Assembly: GCA_965203485.1 (NCBI GenBank)
Contig: OZ241892.1
Location: 1,440,001-1,504,000, forward strand
Direction of reading: 5' to 3'
Length of the DNA stretch: 64,000 bases
Source: Longimicrobiales bacterium
Lineage (GTDB): Bacteria; Gemmatimonadota; Gemmatimonadetes; Longimicrobiales; Gaopeijiaceae
In this document: positions 50,701 through 56,700 of the stretch, piece by piece
Position numbering within the stretch: position 1 is the first letter of the stretch
How the letters are laid out: each line of letters begins with the position of its first letter
The notes under the pieces: model-generated
The model's input: the letters and a program-made list of their open reading frames with translations, nothing else
Told to the model about the DNA's origin: nothing
Database searches by the model: none
Made by a program: the position numbers and the translations under genes

Positions 50701-53700
50701 TGCGGCGTCCCCCCCACGTCCACCGCCTTGTTGAACCGCACGCTCGCGAAGATCGTGTCGCCCCGCTCGAACGTCTGCGCCGACAGCGGCGCCGTGACCG
50801 ACAAGTGCGTCACGCCCGGCGGCCCCAGGCTGCCGTCCACCTTGTGCGCCGCCGCGTCCGCGATCGCATGCGACCCCAGGCCCAGGCTCGCCGCCGCCGC
50901 CCCCGCACGCACGTCGGCGATCGTACCGCCGTTCAGCCCCAGCGCGCTCGCGCCGATGCTGAGCCCGTCGGTGTCCGCGTCCGCCGGACGAATCGCATAC
51001 CCGAACACCAGCGTGTCCGCAACGCTCGTCGCCGACTCCCAGCTCGCCTGCCGCGTCCGGCTCCCGATCGTCAGCGCCAGCTCCGGCGCGCCCGTCACCG
51101 CCACCGGGCGGCCGAACGCCACCTTCACCTCGATCCGCTCGCCCAGCTGGTACGTGCTCGCGCTCGCCGGCGTGCTCGATATCGTCACCGCGCTCACCGC
51201 CGGCGTCGTGAACGTCCCGCCCGCCACCTTGTGGCCACCGCTGTTCGCGACCGCGTACGCGCCCAGGTCCAGCTCCGCGTCCAGCGCCTCGCCCGACGCC
51301 CTGATCGTGCCGCCGTTCAGCGCCAGCGCGCTCGCTGCGATGCTGATCCCGTCCGCGTCCGCGTCGCCGCTCGCCACCACGTAGCGGAACACCAGCGTGT
51401 CCGTCCCCGTGCCGCTCGCGTAGCTCGCCTGCCGCGTCGCCGCGCCGATCGTCAGCGCCAGCTGCGGCGTGCCCGTCACGTCGACCGCCCTGTGGAACAC
51501 CAGCTCGACCTCGATCGTCTCGCCACGCTCGAACACGTCGCCCACCGCAGGCGCCCCAATCGCCAAGCCCCTCGCCTCCGGCGCCCCCGTCGCACGCGTC
51601 ACCGGCGGCGGCAGGCTGCCGTCCACCTTGTGCGCCGCCGCGTCCGCGATCGCGTTCGATCCCAAGCCCAGGCTCGCCGCCGTCGTGCCGTCGCGAGCAT
51701 CCGCGATGGTACCGCCGTTCAACCCCAGCGCGCTCGCGCCGATGCTGATCCCCGTCGAGTCCGCGTCCGCCACCACCACCTGGTACGCGAACGTCAGCGT
51801 CGCCGTGCCCGTGCCGCCGGCGTACTCCGCCTGCCGCGTCAGCGTGTCGATCGCCAACGCCAGCTGCGGCGTGCCCGTCACCGTCACACGACGGTTGAAC
51901 GAGACCTCGACCGCGATCTCCTCCGTCTCCGCATACGTGCTGTCGCTCGCCGGCTCGCTCGCTATCGTCACCGCGCTCACCGCCGCCGCCGTGAACGTCC
52001 CCCCCGCCACCTTGTGGCTCGTGCTGTTGCTCACCGCGTGACTGCCCAGCCCCAGCAAAGCGTCCGTCGTCCCGCCCGCCACGTCGATCGTCCCGCCGTT
52101 CAGCGCCAATGCGCTCGCGCCGATGCTCAACCCGTCCGCGTCCGCGTCGCCACTCGCCACCACGTACCGGAACACCAGCGACGCCGTGCCCGTCCCCGAA
52201 GCATAGCTCGCCTGCCGCGTCGCCGAACCAATCCCCAGCGCCAGCCGCGGCGTGCCCGTCACGTCCACCGAGTCGGTGAACGTCACCGTCACCGCTATCG
52301 TGTCGCCGCGCTCGAACACGTCGCCCACCACCGGCGAGCCGATCGACAACCCGCTCACGCCCGGCGGTCCCCGGGCGCCGTTCACCTTGTGCGCCGCCGC
52401 GTTCGCGATCGCATGGCTCCCCAACCCCAGCCCCGCCGCCGTCGCGCCGTCGCGCGCGTCCGCGATCGTCCCGCCGTTCAGCGCCAGCGCGCTCGCGCCG
52501 ATGCTGATCCCGTCCGAATCAGAGTCCGCCGCCTGCACCGCGTAACGGAACGCCAGCGTCTTCGTGCCGCTCCCGCTCGCGTACTCCGCCTGCCGCGTCT
52601 GCGAACCGATCCCCAGCGCCAGCTGCGGCGCCCCCGTCACCGTCACCGGCCGCGCGAACGACACCTCCACCTCGATCCGCTCCGTGCGGACGTACGTGCT
52701 GTCGCTCCCAGGCACGCTCGCTATCGCCACGCCGCTCACCGCCGACGCCGTGAACGTCCCGCCCGCAACCTTGTGGCCCGCGCTGTTCGTCACCGCGTGC
52801 CCGCCCAGGCCCAGCAGCGCGTTCGTCGTCGTGCCCGTCCGCCGGATCGTCCCGCCGTTCAACGCCAACGCGCTCGCGCCGATGCTCAACCCGTCCGCGT
52901 CCGCGTCCGCCGCCACCACCACGTACCGGAACACCAGCGACGCCGTGCCCGTCCCCGATGCGTAGCCCGCCTGCCGCGTCGCCGATCCAATCCCCAACGC
53001 CAGCTGCGGCGTCCCCGTCACCGCCACCGCCGCGTTGAACTCCACCGTCGCAACTATCGTGTCGCCGCGCTCGAACACGTCGCCCACCACCGGCGCGCCG
53101 ATCCCCAACGCGCTTACGCTCGGCGCGCCCACGCCGCCGTTCACCTTGTGCGCCGCGTCGTTGCTGAACACGCTCGCCGACGTGCCCAGCCCCGCAGCCG
53201 TCCCGCCCGCACGCGCGTCGTCGATCGCCCCGCCGTTCAAAGCCAGCGCGCTCCCGCTCAGGCTGATCCCGTCCGCGTCCACGTCCGCAGCCGCCACCGC
53301 GTACCGGAACCGCAACCGCTTCGTGCCGCTCCCGCCCGCGTACGACGCCTGCCGCGTCGCGCTCCCGATCCCCAGCGCCAGCTGCGGCGTCCCCGTCACC
53401 ACCACCGCCCGCTGGAACAACACCTCCAACTCGATCCGCTCGCCCAGCTTGTACGTGCTGTCGCTCGCCGGCACGCTCCGAACATGGACATCCTCCACCG
53501 CCAGACCCGTGAACAGCGAGCCGTTCACCTGGTGACCCGAACTGTTCGCAATCGCGTGCGAACCCAGACCCAGAACAGCGTCCATCGTCGTGCCCGCCGC
53601 GCGGATCGTCCCGCCGTTCAACCCCAGCGCGCTCGCGCCGATGCTGATCCCGTCGATGTCCCGGTCCGACTGCACCACCACGTACCGGAACACCAGCGTG

Positions 53701-56700
53701 TCCGTGCCCGTGCCCGACGCATATGCAGCCTGCCGCGTCTGCGAACCGATCCCCAGCGCCAGCCGCGGCGCGCCCGTCACCGCCACCGCCCTGCTGAACA
53801 ACACACGAACATCGATCGCGTCGCCCCGCTCGTACTCCGAGTTGTACGGATCGTCCGCGAACGACACGCCGATCACCCCCGGCGTGCCCAGGCTGCCGTC
53901 CACCTTGTGCGCCGCCGCGTCGGACACCGCGTGAGCGCCCAGCCCCAGCGCCGCCGCCGTCGTGCCGTCGCGCGCGTCGGCGATCGTACCGCCGTTCAGC
54001 GCCAGCGCGCTCGCGCCGACGCCGATCCCAGTCGAGTCGCGGTCCGTCCCCTGCACCGTGTACCGGAACGCCAGCGCCTTCGTGCCACTCCCGCTCGCGT
54101 ACGACGCCTGCCGCGTCTGCGTCCCGATCGTCAGCGCCAGCTGCGGCGTCCCCGTCACCACCACCGGCCGCGCGAACGTCACCTCCACCTCGATCCGCTC
54201 CGTCCGACCGTACGTGCTGTCGCTCGACGGCACGCTCGCAATCGCCACCCCGCTCGGCGCCGGCCCCGTCAACGTCCCGCCCGCCACCTTGTGGCCCGCG
54301 CTGTTGCTCACCGCGTGACTGCCCAAGCCCAGCAAAGCGTCCGTCGTCTCGCCCGCCACCCGGATCGTCCCGCCGTTCAACCCCAAAGCGCTCGCGCCGA
54401 TGCTCAACCCGTCCGCGTCCGCGTCCGCCTGAACCACCACGTAGCGGAACACCAGCGACGCCGTGCCCGTGCCCGAAGCGTACGACGCCTGCCGCGTGAC
54501 CGCGCCGATCGTCAGCGCCAGCTGCGGCGCGCCCGTCACGTCCACCGCCTTGTTGAACGTCACCGTCACGGCAACCGTGTCGCCCCGCTCGAACGTGTCG
54601 CCCACCACAGGGGCGCCGATCGACACGCCCGTCACCCCCGCCGCGCCCCGGCTCGCGTCTACCTTGTGCGCCGCCGCGTTCGCAATCGCGTGCGCGCTCA
54701 GCCCCAGTCCAGCCGCAAAGCTGGTGCCGCCTCGCACGTCGTTGATCGTCCCACCGTTCAAGGTCAGCGCGCTTGCGTCGACGCTGATCCCGTCGGAGTC
54801 CGCGTCGCCCACCGCCACGGCATGCCGGAACGTTAGCGTCGTCGTGCCCGTCCCGGAGGCGTAGTCCGCCTGCACCGTGTCTGTCCCGATGCCCAGCGCC
54901 AGCTGCGGCGTCCCCGTCACAACCACCGGCCGCACGAACGACACCTCCACTTCGATCTGCTCGCCCAGGCCGTACGTGTCCCCGCTCGCCGGGCTGCTCG
55001 CAACCGTCACCCCGCTCGCCGACGACGTCGTGAACCTGTTGCCCGCGACCTTGTGGCCCGTGCTGTTGCTCACCGCGTGACTGCCCAGCCCCAGCAGCGC
55101 GTCCGTCGTGCCGCCCGCGATGTCGATCGCCCCGCCGTTCAGTGACAGCGCGCTCGCGCCGATGCTCAGCCCGTCGGCGTCCACATCCCCCGGCACCACC
55201 AAGTAGCGGAACACCAGCGACGCCGTCCCCGTGCCGCTCGCATACGACGCCTGCTTCGTCGCCGCGCCGATCCCCAGCGCCAGCTGCGGCGTCCCCGTCA
55301 CGTCCACCGCCTTGTTGAACGTCACCGTCACCGCAATCGAGTCGTTGCGCTCGAACGTGTCGCCCGTCGGCGGCGACCCCACGACCAAGTCCGTCACCGT
55401 CGGCCGGTCCAGCGCTCCGTCCACCTTGTGGCTCGCGCTGTTCGACACCGCGTGGCCGCCCAGCTCCAGCAGCGCGTCCGTCGTCCCGCCCGCCACGTCG
55501 ATCGTCCCGCCGTTCAGCGTCAGCGCGCTCGCGCCGATGCTCAGCCCGACGCTGTCCGCGTCGGCCGCCACCACCGTGTAGCGGAACACCAGCGACGCCG
55601 TCCCCGTGCCGCTCGCGTACGACGCCTGCCGCGTGACCGCGCCGATCCCCAGCGCCAGCTGCGGCGTCCCCGTCACGTCCACCGCCTTGTTGAACGTCAC
55701 CGTCGCCTCGATCACGTCCCCCAAGCCGTAAGTGTCGTCTGCCACCGGCGAGTTCAACGCGAGGCCGCTCACCCCCGGCGGTCCCAGGTTGCTGTCCACC
55801 TTGCGGTTGGCGTCGTCGACGATCGCGTGCGCGCCCAACCCCAGGTTCGCGTTCACCGTCGCGCTGCCGCCCAGGCGGATCGTCCCTCCGTTCAACGTCA
55901 GCGCGTTCGCCCCGATGCTGATCCCGTTCGAATCCGCGTCCGGCGGCCGCACCACGTAGCTGAAGCGCAATATGTCGCCCAGCCGGGCGAGTTCGTCGAA
56001 GCTCGCCTGGCGCGTCTCCGCGCCGATCGTCAGCGCCAGCTGCGGCGTGCCCGTCACCTCGATCACCCTGTCGAAGCCTACGCTGACGACGACTTCGTCG
56101 CCCAGCTCGTAGGTCTGCCCCGTCGGCAAGTCGCCGAACGCCACGGTCGTCACCGACGGCTGCGTCGTCTGGGCGCCGTTCACCTTGTAGTTCGCGCCGG
56201 GAGCGAACGCCTGCGTCGCCAAGTTCGCCGCCGTCGTGCTGTCGACCGCCGACGCGATCGTGCCGCCGTTCAGCGTCAGCGCGTTCGCGTCCATCGAGAT
56301 GCCGTCCGCGTCCACGTCCGACGCCTGCACCACATAAGTGAAGGTCAGCTGGTCCGTCGAACCGGTGAAGTACTCCGCCTGCCGCGTCTGCGTCCCCACC
56401 CTCAGCGCCACCTGCGGCGCCCCCGTGACGACGACCTCCCGGTCGAAGATCAGGAAGATGATGATGAACTGGCCCAGCTCGTACGTGTCCCCGACTCGCC
56501 GCCCGCCGATCGCCACTTCGTCCACCGACGGCGAAACGATTCGGCTTCCGTCCACCTTGTGGCTCGCGCTGTTCGAGATCGCATGCGTGCCCAGTCCCAG
56601 CAACGCGTTCGCCGTGCCGCCCGCGATCCGGATTGCGCCGCTGTTCGCCCTGCCTCCGTTCAGCGTCAGCGCGCTCGCGCCGATGCTCAGCCCGTCGGAG

